Source: an uncultured Candidatus Saccharibacteria bacterium
Lineage (GTDB): Bacteria > Patescibacteriota > Minisyncoccia > Phycocordibacterales > UBA918
Assembly: GCA_964425475.1 (NCBI GenBank)
Contig: CAYRMF010000001.1
Span: 1-35,850 of the forward strand
Direction: 5' to 3'
DNA length: 35,850 bases
The position numbers and the translations under genes were made by a program. Shown piece by piece: positions 18,191-27,900 of this stretch. Numbering within the stretch: the first letter of the stretch is position 1; each line of letters begins with the position of its first letter. Below the pieces are notes generated by a model, which saw only the letters and a program-made list of their open reading frames with translations, had not been told where the DNA came from and did not search any database.

Positions 18191-18214
18191 AAAGCCAGAC
18201 GTGTGTCTGGCTTT
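18191..18214 (-). terminator. Intrinsic terminator of the mini transcription unit
   Basis: AAAGCCAGAC-acac-GTCTGGCTTT is followed by ATTCATTT on the minus strand. It begins 4 nt after the stop of the 49-codon ORF. Confidence 0.75.
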
Positions 18215-18218
18215 AGTA

Positions 18219-18368
18219 TCAGTACGCAAATCGTACTTCGGATGCGGTGGCTGCAGTTTCAAGGAGATGAAACGATGCGCTCAAAGCCGAATCAGCGGAA
18301 GTAAACGTCTGCGAAAAGAGAGATGAGAGGTACCAAAATACCATAATCATCCCAAGAGCTCTAAACAT
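18219..18368 (-). CDS. Candidate small secreted or membrane peptide (49 aa), or the body of a non-coding RNA
   Basis: My own translation is MFRALGMIMVFWYLSSLFSQTFTSADSALSASFHLLETAATASEVRFAY. It falls below the ORF-track cut-off and has a hydrophobic N-terminus. It is bracketed by a consensus promoter and a terminator, but has no Shine-Dalgarno. Confidence 0.3.
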   Translation of the reverse strand: MFRALGMIMVFWYLSSLFSQTFTSADSALSASFHLLETAATASEVRFAY

Positions 18369-18450
18369 GTGATAAAAATTGCGACATTAACTGTATGCGA
18401 CGACATACAGCCCAAATACTTTTGGTGGTCGCAAGAGCCATCACACGGCT

Positions 18451-18459
18451 TCTGTTTAG
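18451..18459 (-). promoter_or_regulatory. Consensus extended -10 promoter TGaTATAAT
   Basis: The minus strand reads aaaaca-TGaTATAAT-actaaac, 31 nt downstream of the thioredoxin-like stop. Confidence 0.55.
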
Positions 18460-18489
18460 TATTATATCATGTTTTAAAGATTTGTCCAG

Positions 18490-19047
18490 CTACTTCAAAA
18501 ATGGCTCAAGTGAGGTTCGGATTTCGTTTTCCTGTAGTACCCCGCGCACATGGAGCACAATCGCACCATCTGCGTCATACAGTATTGTCTCGGGCATAGC
18601 ATAACCCGAAACAGCTTTGTAGAATGTATCGCCAGGATCTACAAGAAACAGAGCATCGCGTCCAATACCATACGTTGCTATGTATGCTTTAATGACTTCC
18701 CTGTCCTCCATGCGATTGATTGCAAGGACGGTAAGTGCTTCACCGTACTCTCTTTGGAGCGTATTCATAAACACAAGTTCGTCTTTAGAGAATGGCATCC
18801 ATGTTGCCCACGAGTTGATGAGGAGGGGCTTCCCCTTAAAATCCTCCAGGGTGACCGTGTTTCCCTCTAAATCTGTATACGCGAGCATCGGGTCTGGTTC
18901 AATCGCTTTCAAATCACCGTGAAGGCCTGAAAAGGGGCTCATGGGTGCAAAGCGCAGGAAAACACCAACCGCCATACATGCAATAACTATGAAAAGTATT
19001 GCGAGTGTTTTTGTATGTTCGCGCGCAATTGCGAGTACCTTTTGCAT
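18490..19047 (-). CDS. Membrane-anchored TlpA/ResA-like thioredoxin-fold protein without the CxxC active site
   Basis: N-terminal TM, then the redoxin layout ..FKGKPLLINSWATW-MPFS-KDELVFMNTL. Canonical family members have WATWCxxC at this position. The only Cys in the protein lies in the TM helix. Confidence 0.7.
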   Translation of the reverse strand: MQKVLAIAREHTKTLAILFIVIACMAVGVFLRFAPMSPFSGLHGDLKAIEPDPMLAYTDLEGNTVTLEDFKGKPLLINSWATWMPFSKDELVFMNTLQREYGEALTVLAINRMEDREVIKAYIATYGIGRDALFLVDPGDTFYKAVSGYAMPETILYDADGAIVLHVRGVLQENEIRTSLEPFLK

Positions 19048-19050
19048 AAT

Positions 19051-19530
19051 TTATCCTTTGATAAATAGTTCAAATGATTCGGGTGTTTCACCTTCCGCTG
19101 CTGGAATAAGATTGAGCTCAACGGCACGACCCTCGAGCGTTGCTTTAATAACTGCATTTTCACTTGCATCAAAGCTCACCATGAATCGTTGTGGTGTGGT
19201 TGTTTGTTCACACGTATCAGCATGATTGACGACATCAAAATCAATGTAGACTGTTTCTGGCATGGACTCTTGTATGCGTGTTGACCAATTGAGCAAATCG
19301 CATGGGGTCGGCATGAGTATTTCACCCGCTACTGTGTGAGTCGGTGGAATAAAGAAATGCTTCGCATCGATGCGTGTAATACTCGCATATGGACCGTCGA
19401 CAGCGAGTGGTTCCGGTTCCGTCGTGGGTGCTTCTGCTATTTCTGCTTTCTTGAGGTACGCAAATCCAAACATCCCGACAACAATGAGTGCAAGGATGCC
19501 AAATGCGACGAACATGTGTTTGTGTTCCAT
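19051..19530 (-). CDS. Hypothetical membrane-anchored protein (159 aa, two extracytoplasmic Cys)
   Basis: N-terminal TM FVAFGILALIVVGMFGFAYL. No family recognised. The stop is 3 nt from the start of the thioredoxin-like gene. Confidence 0.6.
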   Translation of the reverse strand: MEHKHMFVAFGILALIVVGMFGFAYLKKAEIAEAPTTEPEPLAVDGPYASITRIDAKHFFIPPTHTVAGEILMPTPCDLLNWSTRIQESMPETVYIDFDVVNHADTCEQTTTPQRFMVSFDASENAVIKATLEGRAVELNLIPAAEGETPESFELFIKG

Positions 19531-19562
19531 AGGAGTTGATGCTTAAAAATGATAATACGGTA

Positions 19563-19571
19563 AGTATATCA
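19563..19571 (-). promoter_or_regulatory. Extended -10 promoter TGaTATACT for the 159-aa/thioredoxin-like pair
   Basis: The minus strand reads cg-TGaTATACT-taccg, about 30 nt upstream of ATG 19530. Confidence 0.45.
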
Positions 19572-19578
19572 CGAATGA

Positions 19579-20889
19579 CTATTCTACAAGAGTATCGAGA
19601 TCCGTATCATTGAGTACCGTTGAGGCATTATCCTTCCCTTCAATAGTGACCTCGTATGCTCTATTCTCAGTTGCATTCTGAATATACAACGATATAGCAA
19701 CAAACATCAGGATAAGTGAAGCGAGCGAGATGAAGAACCATTTATACTGTGTTACAAAATACCAAGCAGTTGCAAGTGTACTCTGGGACCTTTCTCCTGA
19801 AGTGAGCTGACTACGGAGATCAAGAACCCCTTTCTGAAGTGGTGCGGTTGCACGCGCATACGTGCGTTGCATTCTGAGTGGCTTGGCGTCATTTGTCTGC
19901 TCTTCTTCACGAGTAGCTCCACGTACCTCTACTCCAGCAAGTTCGAGCATGCGACGCACATATGCACGCACCATAAAGACAATAAGCCCAACAAAAACTG
20001 CGATGCTGAGTATTGTAATGAGCGTCCACTTCACCGGAATAACCCAAAAGTACGTTACGGCGTTTGTATCCGAGGAATTTTTCATATTACGCTCATCCCC
20101 GTAGGCGAGTGTCGCGACCGCTTTGTATCTACCAATGTCGGTGAAGCGGAAATCACTCTTCCATGAAAAAGAAAAGTCACGAATTGTCCCGGGGAGCACG
20201 TTGCCGAAGTGTGTTTGATAGTTTACCGGAATATTTCCACGCTCGGTGCCCCACATGTTTGTGATGACAATGTTCCCACGAGGAATGAGGTGCACATTCC
20301 CCTTATTTTCAAAACGAAGTGAAAACGATGCATCAGGCGTATCGAGGAATGAATCATTGACGCGAAACTCGCGAATTGTTCCCACTTCATGTACATCACC
20401 CTCAACGCGCAAAAACAAGAGTGACGTAACTGCTTGTGAAGTACGTACCGCGATTTCATTCGTTTCTTTTGGTGGTTCTGTAGAGATGAGGACCGCAGCA
20501 TAGTGTCCACCCGGTGAAGCATTTTGTGGTATTTCAGCAAAAAATTGAATGTCCTGTGTTTGCTCGGGTGGAATGGTAAAGGGGCCCTGTGGCATCTGTA
20601 TCCACTCACCAAATGTTGTGTTCTCTCCACCACTTTCAGCAAGCGTAAGAAATTTCCCCCTACCCTCCTCTCCAACAGCTTGAAAGTTGACCACCTCGGC
20701 GTACACAGTGAGTGGGTACGGGTTTCCATTGACCACCTTAATGCTACTCTGCCAAATATCACCAGGCATGACTGAAAGCTGAAAAAGTGGTGGTGTGACA
20801 CTGAGTACCTGCTTCTCGTCCGCATGCGCATATCCAGTGATGAAAAGCGCGTACGTAAAGACTGCAACAAAGAATATACTGTATTTCAT
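19579..20889 (-). CDS. DUF916/DUF3324-like cell-surface protein, paralogue 2 (436 aa; signal peptide, two beta domains, two TM segments)
   Basis: Signal peptide MKYSIFFVAVFTYALFITGYAHA. LSVTPPLFQLSVMPGDIWQSSIKVVNGNPYPLTVYAEV. W-I-x..PPEQTQDIQFFAEIPQNASPGGHYAAVLIS. Second domain ..FENKGNVHLIPRGNIVITN..GRYKAVATLAYG. ATGA overlap with the upstream gene. Confidence 0.6.
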   Translation of the reverse strand: MKYSIFFVAVFTYALFITGYAHADEKQVLSVTPPLFQLSVMPGDIWQSSIKVVNGNPYPLTVYAEVVNFQAVGEEGRGKFLTLAESGGENTTFGEWIQMPQGPFTIPPEQTQDIQFFAEIPQNASPGGHYAAVLISTEPPKETNEIAVRTSQAVTSLLFLRVEGDVHEVGTIREFRVNDSFLDTPDASFSLRFENKGNVHLIPRGNIVITNMWGTERGNIPVNYQTHFGNVLPGTIRDFSFSWKSDFRFTDIGRYKAVATLAYGDERNMKNSSDTNAVTYFWVIPVKWTLITILSIAVFVGLIVFMVRAYVRRMLELAGVEVRGATREEEQTNDAKPLRMQRTYARATAPLQKGVLDLRSQLTSGERSQSTLATAWYFVTQYKWFFISLASLILMFVAISLYIQNATENRAYEVTIEGKDNASTVLNDTDLDTLVE

Positions 20890-21920
20890 GATGGTTTGGT
20901 GAGATGAAGATCGTGACCTTTTGATGTACTGTGTCCATCACGTACGTGCACCGTGAGATGTTCGTGGTCATCATCCTGCATATCATCATCGAAGTAGCGA
21001 CGGTGGACATACCATGCACAGAGAGAAACAAAAATCACAAAACACGAAAGCATTATGATGAGCATGCGGAGCGGAAATATGTAAAAGAAACTGGTGTCTT
21101 GGAGCGAGGCACGTTGTGTCGAACCATACTCAACGGTGAGAAATGCTTTATATTTGCCAAATTTTCCTTCCGCAGGTATAGAGGCCGTGAAAGTGTGCTC
21201 TGCTTTGGGTTGAATACTTACGTTTTCAGTATTGACAGGAAGTGCTCCGACTTCCTTCCCCGTACTATCATAGAGAATAATCTCACCTGTTGGTGTCATA
21301 ACCTCATCACCCGGATTAGTAAACGTAAATGCTGCCGCTTGGTTGTCGCTACTCGTCACAAATCTCTCAACGATGAATTTTGAGAGCTTGAGAAATTCTC
21401 TGTTCTCTTCAGCAATCGTGATGGTAATGACCGTTCCGGGTGCTTGTCCATTTGCAACCTGCCGTTCTGCTTCATCGCGATTGCCACCATAACCAAAACC
21501 GATGAATGCGTGATAGGTGTTGGGTACTGGGGAGGGGTTCATGCGTATGGTAAGCGGAATCGTTTTCGACGTACCCGGTTGCAAATCAATTCCGAGACGA
21601 CTTATTTCAATCCATGAAGTCACCGACTTCGTACGGTCGCTCTCGACCGCTTGCTTGAATGCTTCGATGGTCCCTCCCTCTTTGAGGGATATTTCATTGA
21701 CACTTGGATACACCGTTACGGGGGTTTCGCCCGTGTTTGTGATTGTTATGTCTTTTGTAATGATGTCACGAGCGACTGCCTTGGTATCGATAACCATAGG
21801 CGAAACGGTATATGATATTGCAAAAACAAACCCCTTTGGATAAAAAAGGGAAACGCAGAGAAATGCAAACACTAAAAATTTAAAAGATTGGAACTGAAAC
21901 ATAGCGAATACGTGCTTCAT
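20886..21920 (-). CDS. DUF916/DUF3324-like cell-surface protein, paralogue 1 (about 344 aa; signal peptide, two beta domains, TM, acidic/His tail)
   Basis: The start is set at ATG 21920 (MKHVFAMFQFQSFKFLVFAFLCVSLFYPKGFVFA). Alternatives are 21932 and 21902, and all of them overlap the 3' end of the giant gene. YTVSPMVIDTKAVARDIITKDITITNTGETPVTVYPSV. SWIEISRLGIDLQPGTSKTIPLTI. Second domain FTFTNPGDEVMTPTGEIILYD..GKYKAFLTVEYG. Confidence 0.6.
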   Translation of the reverse strand: MKHVFAMFQFQSFKFLVFAFLCVSLFYPKGFVFAISYTVSPMVIDTKAVARDIITKDITITNTGETPVTVYPSVNEISLKEGGTIEAFKQAVESDRTKSVTSWIEISRLGIDLQPGTSKTIPLTIRMNPSPVPNTYHAFIGFGYGGNRDEAERQVANGQAPGTVITITIAEENREFLKLSKFIVERFVTSSDNQAAAFTFTNPGDEVMTPTGEIILYDSTGKEVGALPVNTENVSIQPKAEHTFTASIPAEGKFGKYKAFLTVEYGSTQRASLQDTSFFYIFPLRMLIIMLSCFVIFVSLCAWYVHRRYFDDDMQDDDHEHLTVHVRDGHSTSKGHDLHLTKPS

Positions 21921-24900
21921 ATAAGCCGGCATCTTGTAATGAACGAATAAACAACCGGTACACGATATCGGTCGTATCACTGACCGTAGGTTGTGAACTA
22001 TATGATACCTCATCTAGGGTCGATGTGCTCACACGCGCGTACGTGTCGATGGCAGAAAAACGTGTTGAGTCACCATTCAGCGTATCATCTCCAGTATGGT
22101 ATCCAAAACAGCTTTGTGCACCCACATCGCACCCGGAAGCCCAAGAAATGGGGGATGCATTCGTTCCTGTTACTGGTTTCATGTACGCACCATTGGTGCT
22201 CATCAAATCTCCATCCATGACCATAAATAGCTGATACCCCTGTGTGCCGTTTGTATCAATCGTAAGACGGTGTCCACCCTCACGCATCTGGTCGGCCACG
22301 AGCGTACCGAATGGAAGTGACGTTGGCGTGGTGTTGATATCGAGCGTTACACCCTCGATGACGGTCGATGAAGCGATGCCCGCCATGGTGAAGTTGAGGT
22401 GGGCACCCTCCGTCACCAATGATGGGTATGATTCGCTTGTATTTGTTGGTACGGGAATATTTTGCACAATATCAAACAATCTAAAGTAGTAGACGCGGTT
22501 GACGCGCGGGCCTGCTGACTGAATGGTAAACTCGTACTCAGCTGAGACGGTGTTATTGTGTCGATATCCCGTGAGTGCGCTCGGCGATTCGTTGTGTGTT
22601 CCACAGCCACTTCCCACACCAGCGACACACGATTCGGCATCAGAGAGTGTCACGGTAGAAATTTTTTCGTTATCGACTCCCCCACCATTTGCGTAGCACC
22701 ACGTTGAGGTGGCAAGGCACGTGCTCGTTGCGGTGACATCGAAAGCTTGTGTGAACGCTGGTGACTCTGAGTACTGCAGTTTGAATCGGACATCATCTCG
22801 TGACATGTTTTCGGTTTCTTTCACGGTCACGCGGAGTTTGAGCGCTTGGGTGTTTGCAATATCAACCGGTGCAACATTCTCAACGGCGAGCGTCGTCGTG
22901 GGAGTTTCGTCAATCTCATTATCATACCAACGCCAATTTTGTGTCTTTGGTGTAAAACTTGAGGTGCGTAACTGCGGATACTGTGCGTAGGTATCGAGTG
23001 GTGTATTGTCTGCCTCAACCATTCTGAAGCAGTAGAATGTTTCTCCCATGGCACCGTTCTGCTCGACAATCCAATCGTACTCAATATCGTCATCAACCGA
23101 GACCGCACTCTCATTCGCCTCGGTGTCATTCTGCTCCTCGAGCGTACCTAAGATATCAGACACAGAGAGTTTGAGTTCAGAGAGCGTCGTGCCGTCTGTC
23201 GTCGCTGTTGCGTTATAGCCACGCCAAATGGAACTCGATGCACTATTTCCCACCATCCGCCAGTCAGTTTCGGGAATAGCACTACACGAACTCACCATCG
23301 GACCATATTGGAGACGGAACGCTCTGACTCCCGCGGGGAAGGTTGCATTTTTTGCTTGAATCGACATGCGCATACGAATTCGCTCATTGCCGCCGAGTGG
23401 TTCATCTGCACCGGTGAGCACCGAATTTTCGCCTAGGTCTACTCCCCCCACGGGCCACGGGTCAGTGGGGGTGAGCTCATTATTATCGACATAGAATCGA
23501 TAGTAATTCTGTGTGAGTGCAAGACCAGCCGTTGGCCACTCCACAATTTCAGTCCTGAAGGTGAAGGTCGAACCAATATTACTTCTCCATATCTCATACG
23601 CGGTCGATGAGGCAATTGTGATGCCGGCGAGCGCTCGGGGAAATGTGGTATCAGCAACGGATGACCGTGCATTCGTAAAGATAGATGCGTTCGTGAGGTC
23701 ACTGAGCGTTTTTCCAACAGGAATGCTCAGCGTGAGTGGTGCTGTACCACCACTGAGCCACCCGCTTGATTTTGTCACCACCATAGCACCGTCTGTGGTC
23801 TGTGTGTTTTCAATAATCCACGCAACGGAGGTTTGACCGGATGGTGTTGTCGCACCCGTTTCAAGGTAGTAGGAAACGTACCCAATACTGGAAAGCCACA
23901 CCTCAGCTCCAAATTCATCGGTACCGTTGAGACCGGTAGTATTTCTTTTCTGGGTGTGTATGAACGTACGCGTGAGACTGCTCAGTGCAGAAATCGCTTC
24001 AGTCTCAGTAACTCCCGCAGTCGTATAGGTGTGCTGACTTCGTTGAATATTCCAGTTTGAGCCCGTAAACTCAACGACTGCATAGCTCACTTGGACTGCG
24101 TCCGAACCCGAAACACCTCTCCGAAAAATTGGTGCATTGAGAGATGCGTGCCACTCAGATGTTGAGAGGCCGGATTCATAATTTGTTGATGCTGTATCGG
24201 GATTCTGTTGTCCCGTGATGAATACCACCACTTTTGCATCATCGACAACATTCGAACGTACTGTACCTGTTGCACTCGTTGATCCGGTCCCATATCGGTG
24301 GAAGGTTTGTCCGCGGACAATCATTTCATTATCTCCTCCTGGGATGCCAATGTACTCTACAATCTCCCAACTCACTCGGGTCGTGCTCGAGATACCCGTA
24401 CGGGCAATGGTGACCGAGGTCATGATGTTGGAAGGATTTACGATATACGCAGTTGTGTTCGTAGCATTTTGAGCGAGGACGTTGCCTGTGTTATGCCCTG
24501 CTCCCGTATGTCCTATGTTCGTGATACGGATAAATGCACTCGTCGATGCAGAGGGGGTAATGTAGTCGACACCGGCAACAAGTGTCGTTGAGGTACTACT
24601 CGTCGCTATCGTCCTTGTGCCACGCTGTATCTCAAAATCTCTCTCCGGAGAAGTTGTGAGCTCGGGGTACTTGCTATACACATCGAGAGGAACGCCAGCT
24701 CCCGAGAGACGGAAACAGTATGTGGTGTTGTACCCGGCGCTCGTCGTCTGCTTGAGAGAAAATTCTGTTTCAATAAACTGCGTTGTGGTAAGTGCTGTAG
24801 ACGCAACCTGTGAAGAGGTGTCCTTTACTGCGCTGTTTGGGGTAAGGAATGTTGTGTTCTCATCGGTGACACCTCCGGCATTCACCGCGATATTGGTGGT

Positions 24901-27900
24901 GTCGCCTCCTTCCGTGAGATTGGTGGAGTTATACATGTCGAACGCACCGCCAACAGCCCCCACATCAGTCCACACATTTACCGCACTACAGGAAGAAATT
25001 TTGGTGCCGTACTCAAGTCGATATTCCGTTGCTTCTGCTGTAGTAGTGGTTGCCTCGTTGGACACCTGCATACGAAGTCTGAGTGGTGTTGCTTGAGAGA
25101 TGTTTGCAACCGCGGTGTCTTCCACTCCTCCTGTCGTTGAACTTGCGGTTGTCTCACTCCCGTTGTCGCTCCGCCAGTGATAGTGTGTCTGCGTATGTAC
25201 CGCGCCGATGAGTGCTGTCGACCCATTCATGTTACGCGCTATCTCCGGGCTCACACTTCCCCCACCTGAGATGAGTACATCCGCAGGGGGATTTGTAATT
25301 GCTATATCAATAGTTTCTCCATTCTGCGCACTCTGTGTTGTGTCGAGCACCGTATAGAGGCACATGGTTGCGGTCGTGGTGATGGTCACGGAGCCGGTGA
25401 ATGTCGATGTACCGTTCGCACTCGAAAACCCGTCGGTATCGGTGCTTCCAAACTGCGTGGCACCACCAACATACGATTCACTGCCACAATCGTACGGCGC
25501 TGAGGTGTCGAGATCGTAGTAGAGTTCGATGTTTTCAATATCACTCTGCCCATCAACGGTTCCCTGTTCAGAAATGGTAATACTTGTGACGTCGTGGCTC
25601 GTGCTGTTGTTGGTGATTACAAACGCACTTCCCACATAAAAATTCGTCGCAGGTAGGGTTGTGGTCGCCTGCTGTGAGGTCGTTGCGATATTCACCGCGA
25701 CATCCGCATTGATGTTTGCGCGCGGATAGTTCGTATAGGTGTGAAGTGGAGTACCCTCATCGGTAACACGAAAACAGTAGCTACTTCCATCTATCGCCGA
25801 TGAGGAAGCAACAATCGAGTATTCGAGTTCAACAAACTGTGAAGCGGTGAGTACGATATCATCTGTCTGTGATGAGGTATCGTTAATACCCCCATTTGGG
25901 GTGAGGAATGTGCTGTTCTCATCGGTGACTCCACCCACTCCAATAGCAATATTGGTCGTATTGCCCCCATCGAGCAAATTGGCAGAATCGTACATATCGA
26001 AGTGTCCACCGGCACTGCCGACATCTGTCCATCCACTCGCATCACCGCAGGCGCCAGAGTATTCCGCGTACTCTATGCGGTACTTCGTTGCGGGAGTGAC
26101 ACTACTTCCCTCGTTTGAGACCTCCATGCGAATGCGAGCGGGGGTCCCTTTGGGGAGGGCGAGGAGTGGTGTATCCTCAGCACCATTCGTTGTCGAGGTT
26201 GCTCCCGATTCGGTACCGCTGTCATCTCGCCAGTGATAGTGGGCAAGTGTCGGCATGTCATTGTATACGGATGTCGTGCCGGGAAGCGCCTGCACGGTGT
26301 TCGGGCTCGCAGTACTCCCAGCCACCACAACATCACTCGTTGGGTTCGTAACCTCGATATCAATTGTTGCATTACCTGGAGCACTATCTTGTACATCGAG
26401 TACCACGTAGAGACAGTATGCAGTGGTGGGACTAATCGTGAGCGTGGTACCACTAAACGAGGACACGCCATCTGCACCGGAAAATCCATCCGTATCGACC
26501 GAACCGAATTGCGCTTCACTCCCATCGTATGACTCACTCGCACAGTCGTACGGTGTAGCACTGTCTGCTTCGTAACGGAGTGTTGTATTTTTGAGGTGTG
26601 AAGAAGCATCAATAGTGCCCTTTTCAGTGAGCGTCACCCCCGTAACCGAAAACGTGTTCGTGTCTGAGGTATTGTAGAGCGTAATTGCTCCACCGATGTA
26701 CACGCCCGTAGTACCAGCGGACACTGAAGCGATTTGCGAACCGGTCGTCGGCTGTGCGGAGCTCGGCAAATCCACCATGGTTGCTCCATAGATATCGTCA
26801 TCGGTGTTATCAAACCAGCTCACATACATACGGTCAGCGCTCGACATCGGAAGATCAATGCCGTAGATATCGTCCGGATTTACCGTGTTCACCGGCCCCT
26901 GCTCATAGCCCCACGAATTCATCCCGTCTCGTGATCGCTTCCAAAGTACATTTGCCGTGAGAGCACTGTTTGCAATTCCTTGACCACTATATGCTACATA
27001 CACATCATCATTCGTAGAATCAAGTGCTACTGCGACGTTGGTGAGTCCCATGTTTGTGGTTGTAGCAGGATATGCCTTTGATATCCACGAGCCTCCGGTG
27101 TAGAGCGCTGTACGGATTTGGTCATCGGTACCCAACGTTGCATTGCGCGCAATGTAGGCGAGGTAGAGGTTCCCCGTAGAAGAACTGACAGCGACATCCA
27201 TACCCATGTCGTATGTTGCATTTTCAGGGGCTACAGCATCAATGGTAGTCCATGCAGCAGACCAGATAGTGTTATTCCATATTTTGTACCGAAGTACATC
27301 AGCTGAAATATCGCGGTTGATAACCATAATACTTCCGCCAGAGAGTGGCATGAGCATATTTTGGTCACTTGCTGCAGCATCGAGCGGATTTGCTCCTGTC
27401 TCCGACCAGTTACCCGCCACATTACACGAAATAGTACACTCGACTATATACGAATCAGGCCCGGTGGTACCGTCGTTCGATACCGCGTAGAGTGTGCCGT
27501 CAGTCCCACGCGTCACGGAGACAAAGTTTTCTGCTTCCGTGAGAGACCCTCCCTGACCGGCAGTCATGTTTGTCGGTGTACCTCCCGAGAGGAGTGTATC
27601 ATCGCTCGTATTGAGACGGTTGTACCAGAGGTCATCGGCACTCGCATCGGCGGTCACGATGTGGATACTCGAACTTGCTGATGCAATACCCGGTGTCCAC
27701 TTGTCGTACCACACGGTCACCTGGTGACAGTCTGTCTGTGAGTCAACGGTGGTTGTCGCACTCCATGTGCTACCACCATCAGTCGTCTTCCTGTACACAC
27801 AGTATCCTCCCACATCTCGGAAGAATTTATATCCCACCTGATCGCTCGTGAAGACACTCTGTGAACCCGACTGAAGGTGCGAGGTACCTGCGGCCGAGGT

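Noticed and set aside
21933-22013. Far-upstream start of the 375-aa ORF (MRYHIVHNLRSVIRPISCTGCLFVHYK)
   Set aside because: It lies deep inside the giant ORF. The signal peptide starts at the later Met residues (21932/21920/21902), so a short overlap is retained but not the long one.
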